Shown: in pieces, positions 38,904 to 48,518 of the stretch
Layout of the letters: every line of letters starts with the position of its first letter
Position numbering within the stretch: position 1 is the stretch's first letter
Virus record (IMG/VR): IMGVR_UViG_3300040801_001309
Location: 1-51,095 of that record
Strand: one strand, 5' to 3'
DNA from: a virus
Length of the DNA: 51,095 nt
Translations under genes and position numbers: made by a program
The notes under the pieces: model-generated
Database searches by the model: none
The model's input: only the letters and a program-made list of their open reading frames with translations
Told to the model about the DNA's origin: nothing

Positions 38904-39267
38904 ATTTAACTTCCAGCTCTATAGGATTGCTTGGATTTATCTTTTCTTTCCATAAATTACAATCCATTGTTGGAGGCCATTTAACTCCTGTTATTCGTGT
39001 GTTTTGCATATCTTTTGGAAAATGCATTCTGAATTGGAATCCGAATTCGTCTTCTATATCGCAATAATCAAATTCTGGTATATCAAAACTATATGTGTTA
39101 TTTTCTTTATCCCATATAACATTTGAAAATCCTAAACCAGATATTGTTTCAGTATAATCAGGAATTTCCAAATTATTAATCCAGTCATTTGTCCATTTAT
39201 TTAATATGTCCAGTATTGGTGCATATTTATCTTCTTCGATTGTTATATTCATCGTATATCTCCACAA
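38893..39267 (-). CDS. Hypothetical protein (124 aa)
   Basis: ORF only. Confidence 0.5.
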   Translation of the reverse strand: MWRYTMNITIEEDKYAPILDILNKWTNDWINNLEIPDYTETISGLGFSNVIWDKENNTYSFDIPEFDYCDIEDEFGFQFRMHFPKDMQNTRITGVKWPPTMDCNLWKEKINPSNPIELEVKYDI

Positions 39268-39515
39268 ACAAAAACCATATCAACTTTCTTATCAATTGGT
39301 TTGTTTTTATCTATAATACAATCTTCCCATTCACCATAATGTACTTTAAAAAATATAGTATCTAATGCATTTTCTATATCTATATCATTATATTCTATAG
39401 ATGTGTTTTTGTTATGAACTTTATACAATAGATCTAAATCTTCTACTGATGGATCTTCAATGATATACCATTTCCAATCATATGGTAATTCTATCCATAT
39501 TAATAAAATGATCAT
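39249..39515 (-). CDS. Small protein, paralogue family member
   Basis: Contains ILLIWIELPYDWKWYII and VFVCGD. Confidence 0.5.
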   Translation of the reverse strand: MIILLIWIELPYDWKWYIIEDPSVEDLDLLYKVHNKNTSIEYNDIDIENALDTIFFKVHYGEWEDCIIDKNKPIDKKVDMVFVCGDIR

Positions 39516-39844
39516 GATGATATCACTCCTGTATGTATAACAATATCAATTGGTTTTTCAAATCCATTGGCTTCTTCAATATTGTTAAACCCAATTTTAT
39601 TATGTTGCCATGAATCTTTTTTGTAATGTTGCATTCTGTCATTGATAATCCATTGAAATGTATCATGTACTGATGTGTCATCTGAATCATCATATTCATG
39701 TGGATTCTTTTCATCAAAAAATCGTAAATGAAGCTGCTTTAATTCATATACTTTATATAATTCCATGTTTTCAAAATAGAATAATTGTGTTTCGTCGTCG
39801 GTTTCCCATATCAATAAAACATTTTTATGATTCGTTGTATTCAT
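39512..39844 (-). CDS. Small protein, paralogue family member
   Basis: Contains VLLIWETDDETQLFYF and IVIHTG. Confidence 0.5.
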   Translation of the reverse strand: MNTTNHKNVLLIWETDDETQLFYFENMELYKVYELKQLHLRFFDEKNPHEYDDSDDTSVHDTFQWIINDRMQHYKKDSWQHNKIGFNNIEEANGFEKPIDIVIHTGVISS

Positions 39845-41216
39845 GTACCTTTATTCCTTTAAATTCAGTTTTTACTATGTTTCTAACGATTTGTACATCT
39901 TTAATAAACATTGATGGAAAATCCATATCTACAAGATATAAGATAATTGGATCATTTTTACCATCACATGTTCTAAGTGCTCGCCCACATAATTGTATTA
40001 TTGACTTTTTTCCCGAAAGGGGCATTGTTATTATAATACAGTCAAATCGTGGAAAATCAAATCCTTCACCACAGTATTTCAATGGTGCTGCAACAACTCT
40101 GTCGTTTTCTTTATCTATGTCTGGATTTTTACTGTAAAACCTGCGAACTTTAATATTATTATGATCAAGTTCTATTTGATCAGCAATAGTATTTAATTGA
40201 TTTATGTGCATTGTGGCAATAAGAGTTGTATATCCTTTTTTATGTAAATTACCAATATACTTAGATATGATCTTTAAATATTTTTCACTATGTACAATAC
40301 TTTTGTTATATATTGCACGTTTCATATTAAGATCTTGAATCATATTTACATATGTTCCAACTGTTAAAAAAGTTCCTTTCTTTGTTTTCTTTTCAGATAG
40401 ATTGTTTGATATTCCACTGAAATAATATATAAAGTATAATTGTGGTATTAGTTGATAATCTTCTGAACTGAATATAATATCACCAATAGTATTTTGCATT
40501 AATATTTTATGTAAGCCTGTATGAAATGGTGTTGCCGACAGTCCAATAAAATTATTAGTTTTGAACAAGATTGATACTTTGGAAAACTTCTCACTACTTG
40601 ATGAACTGTGAACTTCATCATATACAACAAGACCAATACCAGCCTTTTGTAAATCGTCCATTGTTTTTTTAGGAGCTGTTTTTATTTTACTTAGCAATGT
40701 TTGTAACATTGCAACAACAATTGGTTTATCTACAGAAAATATACTTCCTTGAATAAGCCCTATATCATTTTCACTTATATTTGTTGTGAAATTTATATAT
40801 GCTTTTATCCATTGTGACATCAAATTCTTATTATTTATTATAATACATGTTTTAAGCCCAATTTTTGATGACAGATATACTGTTGTTACAGTTTTACCTG
40901 TCCCTGGCGGCATTTTTATTGTTCCTGTTATTTCTCTTTTATTGTTATTAAATATATCAAGAACTGTTTTTGAAGCCCGTTTTTGAACGTCTCGCAATTC
41001 ACCTTTGAAATTTACTTTTATCTCTTTAGCATCAAGATGTTCTTTGTATGAATCACGAACATGTATTAATTCAGAAGGGTAATTTTTATAGAATAGTCTT
41101 GGTAATATTATTGAATCAGCAGTTTCATATAGACTAATTTCATTTTTATGTTCTTTTAGAAATGGATATTCTTCTATATATTTTTTAAAGTCCTCTTTAT
41201 TGATGTATGACCACAT
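39825..41216 (-). CDS. SF2 (DEAD/DEAH-type, UvsW/Res-like) helicase
   Basis: Walker A is MPPGTGKTVTT, the DEVH box is VVYDEVHSS, the SAT-like motif is GLSATP, and the late motif is LCGRALR. Confidence 0.65.
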   Translation of the reverse strand: MWSYINKEDFKKYIEEYPFLKEHKNEISLYETADSIILPRLFYKNYPSELIHVRDSYKEHLDAKEIKVNFKGELRDVQKRASKTVLDIFNNNKREITGTIKMPPGTGKTVTTVYLSSKIGLKTCIIINNKNLMSQWIKAYINFTTNISENDIGLIQGSIFSVDKPIVVAMLQTLLSKIKTAPKKTMDDLQKAGIGLVVYDEVHSSSSSEKFSKVSILFKTNNFIGLSATPFHTGLHKILMQNTIGDIIFSSEDYQLIPQLYFIYYFSGISNNLSEKKTKKGTFLTVGTYVNMIQDLNMKRAIYNKSIVHSEKYLKIISKYIGNLHKKGYTTLIATMHINQLNTIADQIELDHNNIKVRRFYSKNPDIDKENDRVVAAPLKYCGEGFDFPRFDCIIITMPLSGKKSIIQLCGRALRTCDGKNDPIILYLVDMDFPSMFIKDVQIVRNIVKTEFKGIKVHEYNES

Positions 41217-42663
41217 TTTCTAATTTCTTTTTGCTAAAGTTCATTGAATCATTTAATGTATTGAGTAATTTTCTTCTTTCATACTCATTAAGATTAATAA
41301 TTGTTTTTGGTTCATCTAACATTTGACATTCTCTCCATGACTCTTCTTTAACATATATTGGAACTTCTATATTTTTAACAACATAATGTTTACTTCCGTC
41401 TTTAGTATCTATTAATACCATAAGTATTTTATTATTTCCTATCGTCTCTATATTTAATAAACTCATTGTATCAGAACACACCTCCTCTTCGGAGGTTGTG
41501 TTTTTAATAGTAGTTTTTGTTTTCCGTTCTTTTTTCTTTGATTGTTGTTTCGGTTTATCTGATTGTTCTTTTATTTTTTTCAGTTCATTGTGTATGGTTT
41601 TCCATCCCATATCATACGCTATTTTGAAATTACCACCACGTCTTGCTCCAGATGGATGAACAATAGGTAATACTTTAATTCCTTGACTCTCAAAAACTTC
41701 TCCTGAATTGTTGGTTATAGATCCAGATATACCAAACACTTCCATTACTGGTCCGCCAATCGGAACATATATCTTTGCTGGAAAAGCTGTTAAAATTTGT
41801 TGTAAGTGTTCTTTACAGTGTTCTGCAACGGACAATACTTCTTTAACAGTTTTCCCTATATCACTTTGACCAGAAGTGCTACACAACATTATATTAGTTA
41901 TAACCCATGTTGTACCAATAGGCATTCGATACATATTTTCTCTAAACATTGTTCCTGATAATCCAACTAGCGGTTTATCGAAAATTGGTTCGTCTGTTCC
42001 AGGATTTAGTGCAACAAATGCAATGTCAACTGGCCCAGGCGTATCAATATTCGTATCAAGAACAACAGATTTTCTTCCAAATAATTTACATGATTGACAT
42101 AATTCTCTTTGCTGTATATTTGCTTTAATACCATTACAAAATTCAACAATATCGTCAGGTAATACTCTTCTTCTCATATAATCAATATGTTCAATGATTG
42201 CTTCTTGATCTGTATTTACTTCTTCTGATGTGTCATTTGTTAATGGTTTGTATAATAGAGAATAGAAAAAATCAAATTCTCCAGAAGGAACATTCATATC
42301 AGTGATTTGTTTTATTATTGACGTTCTATTTGTATCTTTATAATCTGACGATTTAATATATGTAAGATTATTGCTTTTATCAATTTGATAATATTTCATC
42401 AATTGTGCTATATTATACATAGTGTCAACAATATCATATCCAGCATATAAATTATTCATGTATTCATTAAAATACCATAATAATCTAGGAGTTTTATATA
42501 AATAAAAAATAGCTCTGTGTATTACTGTATTTTCATTAATTTTATACTTTTTGATAATATGTCGTAAATGATCTTTGTCATTTTCTCTATAACAAAGCCA
42601 ATTTCGCAATTCTTTTAAAAAGTCGATGTATGTATTATTTGGTTTTTCGAAGTTTTTTTCCAT
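41197..42663 (-). CDS. Protein with central uracil-DNA glycosylase family-4-like domain
   Basis: The motifs are FVALNPGTDEP..PLVGLSGTMF and LPIVHPSGARRG. It also has a K-rich linker and extra N- and C-terminal domains. The start is set at the ATG after the terminator hairpin; the ORF-track TTG at 42702 reads through that hairpin. Confidence 0.5.
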   Translation of the reverse strand: MEKNFEKPNNTYIDFLKELRNWLCYRENDKDHLRHIIKKYKINENTVIHRAIFYLYKTPRLLWYFNEYMNNLYAGYDIVDTMYNIAQLMKYYQIDKSNNLTYIKSSDYKDTNRTSIIKQITDMNVPSGEFDFFYSLLYKPLTNDTSEEVNTDQEAIIEHIDYMRRRVLPDDIVEFCNGIKANIQQRELCQSCKLFGRKSVVLDTNIDTPGPVDIAFVALNPGTDEPIFDKPLVGLSGTMFRENMYRMPIGTTWVITNIMLCSTSGQSDIGKTVKEVLSVAEHCKEHLQQILTAFPAKIYVPIGGPVMEVFGISGSITNNSGEVFESQGIKVLPIVHPSGARRGGNFKIAYDMGWKTIHNELKKIKEQSDKPKQQSKKKERKTKTTIKNTTSEEEVCSDTMSLLNIETIGNNKILMVLIDTKDGSKHYVVKNIEVPIYVKEESWRECQMLDEPKTIINLNEYERRKLLNTLNDSMNFSKKKLENVVIHQ

Positions 42664-42695
42664 AAAAAAATCGAAGAGGGAACTAGTCCCTCTTC
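42664..42695 (-). terminator. Rho-independent terminator
   Basis: GAAGAGGGA-CTAGT-TCCCTCTTC hairpin followed by GATTTTTTTA. Confidence 0.6.
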
Positions 42696-42704
42696 CTTTC
42701 AAAT

Positions 42705-43244
42705 TTATTTACCAAGACCTTCAATAAGGCTTGAGATTCTTTTATTGATCATACCAGCGGTGGCACTTTTCTTTCCACCAACTTTAGCATCTTCCGGACG
42801 ACACCATAGACGTGTAAGCTCAGCTTCAATCTGTTTTGCAGCATCTGTCTGAGGACTATCGTAATCATACATTTTAATTTCTTTTCCATTACGAGTCTGC
42901 ATGAATGTGGGATATGCATTAGCGTCCAATTCTAACACATATTCGCGAGCACCTTTCTTAATGGCTCCAATATAGGTTGTGATCTGACTTACAGTAAGAC
43001 CACGTTCTTCAGCCATTTCAGCATAAGATTTGGTCTTAATATTATCCAAAAAGTACTGCTCGTCTTCAGCATTTACTGTACGGGTTGCTTTTACAACTCT
43101 TTTAGCTCTTTCAGGTTTGGAAAAAGCCTGTTCTACAACATTTGCGGCCTGTGCAGGAGCTCCAGGAGCAACGTTAGTAGGTGCAGCATTAGTATTTTTA
43201 TTGTCAACAAAGCTAGGCATTTTAAAATTAGCAGGTGCAGTCAT
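42705..43244 (-). CDS. GC-elevated protein with helix-turn-helix (possible transcription factor or DNA-binding protein)
   Basis: The HTH-like segment is KSYAEMAEERGLTVSQITTYIGAIKKG. The N-terminus is A/P/N-rich and the codon GC is higher than in neighbouring genes. Confidence 0.45.
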   Translation of the reverse strand: MTAPANFKMPSFVDNKNTNAAPTNVAPGAPAQAANVVEQAFSKPERAKRVVKATRTVNAEDEQYFLDNIKTKSYAEMAEERGLTVSQITTYIGAIKKGAREYVLELDANAYPTFMQTRNGKEIKMYDYDSPQTDAAKQIEAELTRLWCRPEDAKVGGKKSATAGMINKRISSLIEGLGK

Positions 43245-43246
43245 AT

Positions 43247-45133
43247 TTATTTTCCTCCGATGTGGTTCAAAAGTGTTTTGAACCCAAAGCGATCATCATT
43301 CATTATCGCTTTTTTATATGATTTATTATTTATTATATTTAGAAGAGTATCTAATTCTTCTTCGGTATCAGGCCATTGTAACCTGTACCATTTATCCCGT
43401 GAAATTACTTGTTTCAATTGGTCGGCATTCATTTCACCAAGACCTTTAAATCGATTTATTTCGTATCCCTTTTTTTCATACGAATCACGATCTTCTGTAC
43501 TATATATTGGGATAAATTTATTTTTTTTAGTTGCTCCAAACAAAGGTGGAAATACAACATAAGCATTGCCTTCTTTGATATAATATGGACTTATTCTACA
43601 TAACATTTGTGCTAACAATGTTACAATATGCCATCCATCTATATCAGCATCTGCTAATATTACATTTTCTTTATATCTTCGTTTATGATTTGTCCCTACA
43701 GCCTCTTTATAAAACTGTATGTCTTTGTTTGTTTCAACTTTAATGATGCTATTTTTTTCAACATTAATAATTTTTCCACCAACACACAATATTCCTTCGT
43801 CTGATTCTCTTATTTGATCGAGAGTTCCTTTTGCTGATTCTCCCTCTATAAGATATAATGTTTTACCAGGTTTATCAAAGGAATCTACTAACGGATTTTC
43901 ATTGGAAACCCTATTTGCTGTGCTTGTTGATTTAATTTTTTTAAGAACTCGTGTTGAAATGTTTTTTTCGATAATATTCATTATATTTGGCTGATCCAAA
44001 AACCATTCAATTTGTTGCTCTAGTGGATTTATTAACGCCTTTTGTACTCTTAGCGTCATTCGTGTTTTGGTCTGGCTATCAAATCTTGGTTCAGGAACAG
44101 TCAATGATATATATAGTTTAAGACCTAATAGATATAAACTTTGACTTATATCTTTATATTTTTTTTTATTAAGTCTTTTTGCTATACAATTTTTAAGCAA
44201 CGTTTGAAAAGATGTAATATACGTACCATCACATACTCGTAAATTTACATCACCTTTAACTTCGGTAACTAAATCTGAACTATATGATAAGTAACATCGT
44301 ATTTTAGAATCTTTCCAGTTGTAATCTTTTATAGTTTCAATACTCGTGTCAAAGAAATCTGAAGGTATATCAAAAGATAATTGAAATAACTCAAAGTTAT
44401 CAGGAACTCCAAGAAATCTTCTAATTAATATTCCATAATCAATATTAGTTATCTGCTTATTTTGATAAATTATTTTAGTTGTTGGATGTTTTGCAATCGA
44501 CAATAATAGTCGTTCGATAAATGGTTCTCTATTAAATTGATCGGTATCAAAATATTTGGTTGTTGGTTTAAATCCAACAATAGTTGACCACATCGGATCA
44601 GGAGGAATTTGTTTTTTATATTGTAATATGCCTTCTGAAAAAGCATATTCGTAATATTCATTTGGGTTTTTTCTGTTTCTTGATTTAATTACTAACCAGT
44701 CACTTAGCGCATTTACTGCTACTAAGCCAACACCGTGCATCCCTATTAGATGCTTGTATTCATTATTATTAAATTTTGAACCACTATGCTTGATAGTACA
44801 TAATGCTTCAACAGAATCCATTTCTTTTCCGATCTTATCAACATACATATCGTATATTGAAAATCCTCGCCCATTATCAGTTACCCATACTGAATTGTTT
44901 GATTCATCGAAAAATAAAGATCCCATTGTAGCATGGCCATTTGCTATCTCATCAAGCATATTATCTAATACTTCTGTTGCTAGATGGTTTGGTGTTGATA
45001 CATCTCCTATACTTTCACCAGGTCGCAACCTAGTGAATGTTATGTCATCTGGTGCAGAGTAGATATCCGTTCTGTTTTCTGTCAACGTTTTTTCTCCCGA
45101 AACAAAAATTATCTGAGTTCTGTTACTCATCAA
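43247..45133 (-). CDS. Type II DNA topoisomerase, ATPase/Toprim subunit (GyrB/ParE/T4 gp39-like)
   Basis: Motifs are VLDNMLDEIANGHA (N box), DNGRGF, GMHGVGLVAVNALS, EGESAKG (Toprim), DADIDGWHI and FKGLGEMNADQL. Confidence 0.85.
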   Translation of the reverse strand: MMSNRTQIIFVSGEKTLTENRTDIYSAPDDITFTRLRPGESIGDVSTPNHLATEVLDNMLDEIANGHATMGSLFFDESNNSVWVTDNGRGFSIYDMYVDKIGKEMDSVEALCTIKHSGSKFNNNEYKHLIGMHGVGLVAVNALSDWLVIKSRNRKNPNEYYEYAFSEGILQYKKQIPPDPMWSTIVGFKPTTKYFDTDQFNREPFIERLLLSIAKHPTTKIIYQNKQITNIDYGILIRRFLGVPDNFELFQLSFDIPSDFFDTSIETIKDYNWKDSKIRCYLSYSSDLVTEVKGDVNLRVCDGTYITSFQTLLKNCIAKRLNKKKYKDISQSLYLLGLKLYISLTVPEPRFDSQTKTRMTLRVQKALINPLEQQIEWFLDQPNIMNIIEKNISTRVLKKIKSTSTANRVSNENPLVDSFDKPGKTLYLIEGESAKGTLDQIRESDEGILCVGGKIINVEKNSIIKVETNKDIQFYKEAVGTNHKRRYKENVILADADIDGWHIVTLLAQMLCRISPYYIKEGNAYVVFPPLFGATKKNKFIPIYSTEDRDSYEKKGYEINRFKGLGEMNADQLKQVISRDKWYRLQWPDTEEELDTLLNIINNKSYKKAIMNDDRFGFKTLLNHIGGK

Positions 45134-45143
45134 GTACCAAGAT

Positions 45144-45153
45144 AATTTCTATA
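45144..45153 (-). promoter_or_regulatory. ATATAGAAAT promoter-like box
   Basis: Minus-sense AAAATAATATAGAAATTATC lies upstream of 45133. Confidence 0.45.
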
Positions 45154-45168
45154 TTATTTTTTTGAATA

Positions 45169-46050
45169 TTAAATTTTTTGTGCAATTATGAACGGGAACA
45201 CATATGTTTTTAAATATATCTGTGGATCTATACTTAATATATTTTTAGGTGTGTAATCTATGTATGAACCATTTGAGTTTAAGCATTTCCCGCCGCAATT
45301 AAACAAATAATCAATTAATTTTTTTATACTATTTGTTTTAAGAATTTTCAACCAAATATCACTATATTCTTTTTCTAATTTTTTAATACTAGTAAAATCG
45401 TTTTTAAAAAATTTTTTAATTTCTTCTTTTAATCTTTCAGGCACATATTTATATGTACCTTTTATAGTAAGTGTATTTTCTTCATCTAAAAAGTAACTTG
45501 TTTTTTTATATCTCAAATAATGCGTATAGTTCTTAACATGAAATGATATTCCACAATCATCAATGAATTTACCAAAATCTCCATAATATGATAATATATC
45601 TTCATTTGTACTTATTACACAACTATCTTTTTTAATTTCAAAGATAGATATGTCATATTTAATACTTTCAAATATTTTCCCAAATATTATTGTTTTAGAT
45701 AAGTATCCTAAATTTCTTAGTTGTTGTCCATCTAATTTATTTGAAATGTATATTAGTTTACTAGTCTTATCAGATATTGATGCTATTGTATTATTAAATT
45801 CATCATCTTTTATATATACTTTACATATTGATGGAAATGCTGAAGAGATATCAATTTCTAATACATTATGGAAACAATGAACTATTGAATTTCCAGTTTC
45901 TAATATTTTTTTATTAACAACTGAATCATTCAATTCACCATCATCTGCTAAAAACCACAATATGTTAGAATCTATCTTGGCAATTGATTTATATTGCTCT
46001 GGAATTGATATTTTACCATATCGTGTAATAACTTCACTTAAGAAGTTCAT
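45169..46050 (-). CDS. PolB palm-like small protein (paralogue of 30951..31802)
   Basis: 293 aa. Motifs are EIDISSAFPSI (compare DxxSLYPS), NTIASIS, KTIIFG, KKDSCVI and FHVKNYTHYLRYKK (compare PolB LHVKKNYAYL). It lies in the gp62-like position after the clamp loader. Confidence 0.4.
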   Translation of the reverse strand: MNFLSEVITRYGKISIPEQYKSIAKIDSNILWFLADDGELNDSVVNKKILETGNSIVHCFHNVLEIDISSAFPSICKVYIKDDEFNNTIASISDKTSKLIYISNKLDGQQLRNLGYLSKTIIFGKIFESIKYDISIFEIKKDSCVISTNEDILSYYGDFGKFIDDCGISFHVKNYTHYLRYKKTSYFLDEENTLTIKGTYKYVPERLKEEIKKFFKNDFTSIKKLEKEYSDIWLKILKTNSIKKLIDYLFNCGGKCLNSNGSYIDYTPKNILSIDPQIYLKTYVFPFIIAQKI

Positions 46051-47066
46051 GGCTTACGTTTAATTAGAGAATCACACATATCGTATATAAATGCAATTAA
46101 ATTTGCCTGTTTAACAATTCTATATGAATTCATATCCATATATTTTGCGGCAAATAACTTAATTGGAATAAACCATGTGTTATCTGATACGGTTTTAAAT
46201 ATGTATTCATAATCTATATCATAGTTATTTGTTATGGTTGTATATAATTCAACATATTCATTTCCAATTATACTATTTGTTGGAAAATCTCTACATGTTA
46301 TAAGCTGTTGCGGTTCAGCTTTCCACATAATCTTAAACATGTTAATTATACATTCGACAAGCTTATCTTCATATTTAAGTTCTTTTGTAATATTATTAAA
46401 ATCAATACTACCATCATTAGATATAAATGATCTATGCAAATTGTTAATAAGTGTCCTGACACTTACATTTTTATTGTTTTTTACATAGTCTTCTATAACA
46501 ATTCCATCATAATCGCCAGTTTCAATTCCTTCTTCAGAAAGGATATAATCAATTCTTTTCACAATGGCATCTTCATTAGTACCATTGAAATTCATTACAT
46601 GAAATCTAGATTCAAAAGCACCATCATCATTTGCTTTTCTAAGCAATGCGTCAAGTCTGTTTGTTGTTGCTATACAACAACAAGTTTTTTGATATCTTTC
46701 AAGATATTTATTTTTAAGAGTTCCAATAGCGGCAGTTGATAAATGATCTGCTTCTTCTATAAGAAATACCTTTTGTTTACTAAACGCTGCTGATTTTTTA
46801 ACAAAGTCTCCTAAATTATCATCAATATTTTTAACATGTCGTGCATCAATCTCTAAATAGTCTGCTGCATTTTTAATGATACTATTGATAATAATTCTAG
46901 CAACAGTAGTTTTACCAACACCACCAGGGCCATAAAACAATAAGTTTCCAGGAAGAACTTCTTCCTGGATTATTTTATTAATAAATTGTTTATCTTCAGG
47001 AGAATCAAATGCAACATCATCAAGAGTTGTTGGTCTATATTTTTCTGCCCAACTTATATCAATCAT
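46047..47066 (-). CDS. Clamp loader large subunit (RFC/T4 gp44-like AAA+)
   Basis: Motifs are WAEKYRPTTLDDV, the Walker A LLFYGPGGVGKTT, the DEAD-like LIEEADHL, and the SRC-like FESRF. Confidence 0.75.
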   Translation of the reverse strand: MIDISWAEKYRPTTLDDVAFDSPEDKQFINKIIQEEVLPGNLLFYGPGGVGKTTVARIIINSIIKNAADYLEIDARHVKNIDDNLGDFVKKSAAFSKQKVFLIEEADHLSTAAIGTLKNKYLERYQKTCCCIATTNRLDALLRKANDDGAFESRFHVMNFNGTNEDAIVKRIDYILSEEGIETGDYDGIVIEDYVKNNKNVSVRTLINNLHRSFISNDGSIDFNNITKELKYEDKLVECIINMFKIMWKAEPQQLITCRDFPTNSIIGNEYVELYTTITNNYDIDYEYIFKTVSDNTWFIPIKLFAAKYMDMNSYRIVKQANLIAFIYDMCDSLIKRKP

Positions 47067-47078
47067 ATTATTTACCTT

Positions 47079-48518
47079 TTATTTATTTTTTAAATTAGAA
47101 AGAATATTATAACAATCATGTTGTGTATTATTAAGAACTAATTTTTTATCATTAATGGTATCATTAATTTTTTGAAGATCGACTGATCGTTCAACTAAAC
47201 TTCTGATAGTTTTCTTTCTCATAACATCAATCAAATCTGATTCTTCTATATTTCTTGTATATGATTCCCATTTAAGACTTTCAAAATTGAATGTTTCCAT
47301 TGATATAGATTGATTACCATGTTGCTGTACATATTTATTAAACACATTAATAACTTCGGATTCGCTATTATATTTTCCTACTTCTAATGTTCTTAATAGT
47401 AATATAACATGACTTTTGAAAAACTCTTCAAAAGAATCCAAACAACTAAGATAATTTTTTCCATAACATGTTCTAACCCAATAATTATAGCCTTGTTGTA
47501 AAATTGTATCAATACCAACAGTTGCAGTATCAGTAACTTTAAAGTTTTCATCATGTTGTGTTGTTATTACTGAAATGTTGTGTGATTTAATTAAATATTT
47601 ATTCCATATATGTTTTGCTAATTCTTCCATGTTGAATACTTCATTTGGCATAATTGCTAACAATTCATTATTATTTTTTTTGACACCTTCTTGAATTGTA
47701 CAATTCAAATTTACTTCTTTTGTCTTTTTATCTTTCTGTGTAGAATCCCATAATCTCTGGAAACTATCATTTGGCGCACGTCCTTGTACCGAAATGTATT
47801 GTTGTGTGGGCGACTGAACCTTTGTACAAGGCAATATTGATCCATTTGGAATAAATGTTAATCTACCATATCCCTTTGTTAATATTTTATTTATTGCTCC
47901 AGTTTCACCTTCAACAACTGTACAGTCATCTATATTTGGTATTATTTGTGGACCTATATTATCAGTTTTATCTAAAAGCCATTTTGTTCTATCTCTGAGA
48001 CTTTCTACAGAATACTTTGGTATTAGTGACCTATCAACTCCACCAATACCTGTTTTCAATCCAACACCAATTAATCCTAATGGAATTGGACTAGGTAATA
48101 CCAATGGTTCTTCTGCGAAATAAAAATTATCCCAGGGTATAAATTTCTTATCATTATATGGGAATACAATTTCTCTAACCCAATCATGCAACCGACATTC
48201 AGTATATCTCATTGCTGATGCCGGTGAATCTTTTTTACCACCTTTTCTTCCCCAGTTTCCTTGTGTTTGAAGAAATCCATTTCTTGCCATTTGAACTAAC
48301 GAATCATAAATTGACTTATCGCCATGTGGATGTATTTTTCTCATGATATCACCAACAATGGCGGCACTTTTTATTAGTTGTTTTCCTTTATAACTTCCAA
48401 GGATAATTAACATTCGACGCTCAAATCGATTAAGACAATCTGTTACAAGTGGAATTGCTCGTTCAGTTGTTATAAATCTGATATATTCACTATACAAATT
48501 CGGAATTACAAGTTTCAT
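47079..48518 (-). CDS. Type II DNA topoisomerase, breakage-reunion subunit (GyrA/ParC/T4 gp52-like)
   Basis: Motifs are HPHGDKSIYDSLVQMAR and the active-site MRYTECRL. The start is set at the ATG in the TAATG overlap, preceded by GGGAGAAG. Confidence 0.8.
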   Translation of the reverse strand: MKLVIPNLYSEYIRFITTERAIPLVTDCLNRFERRMLIILGSYKGKQLIKSAAIVGDIMRKIHPHGDKSIYDSLVQMARNGFLQTQGNWGRKGGKKDSPASAMRYTECRLHDWVREIVFPYNDKKFIPWDNFYFAEEPLVLPSPIPLGLIGVGLKTGIGGVDRSLIPKYSVESLRDRTKWLLDKTDNIGPQIIPNIDDCTVVEGETGAINKILTKGYGRLTFIPNGSILPCTKVQSPTQQYISVQGRAPNDSFQRLWDSTQKDKKTKEVNLNCTIQEGVKKNNNELLAIMPNEVFNMEELAKHIWNKYLIKSHNISVITTQHDENFKVTDTATVGIDTILQQGYNYWVRTCYGKNYLSCLDSFEEFFKSHVILLLRTLEVGKYNSESEVINVFNKYVQQHGNQSISMETFNFESLKWESYTRNIEESDLIDVMRKKTIRSLVERSVDLQKINDTINDKKLVLNNTQHDCYNILSNLKNK

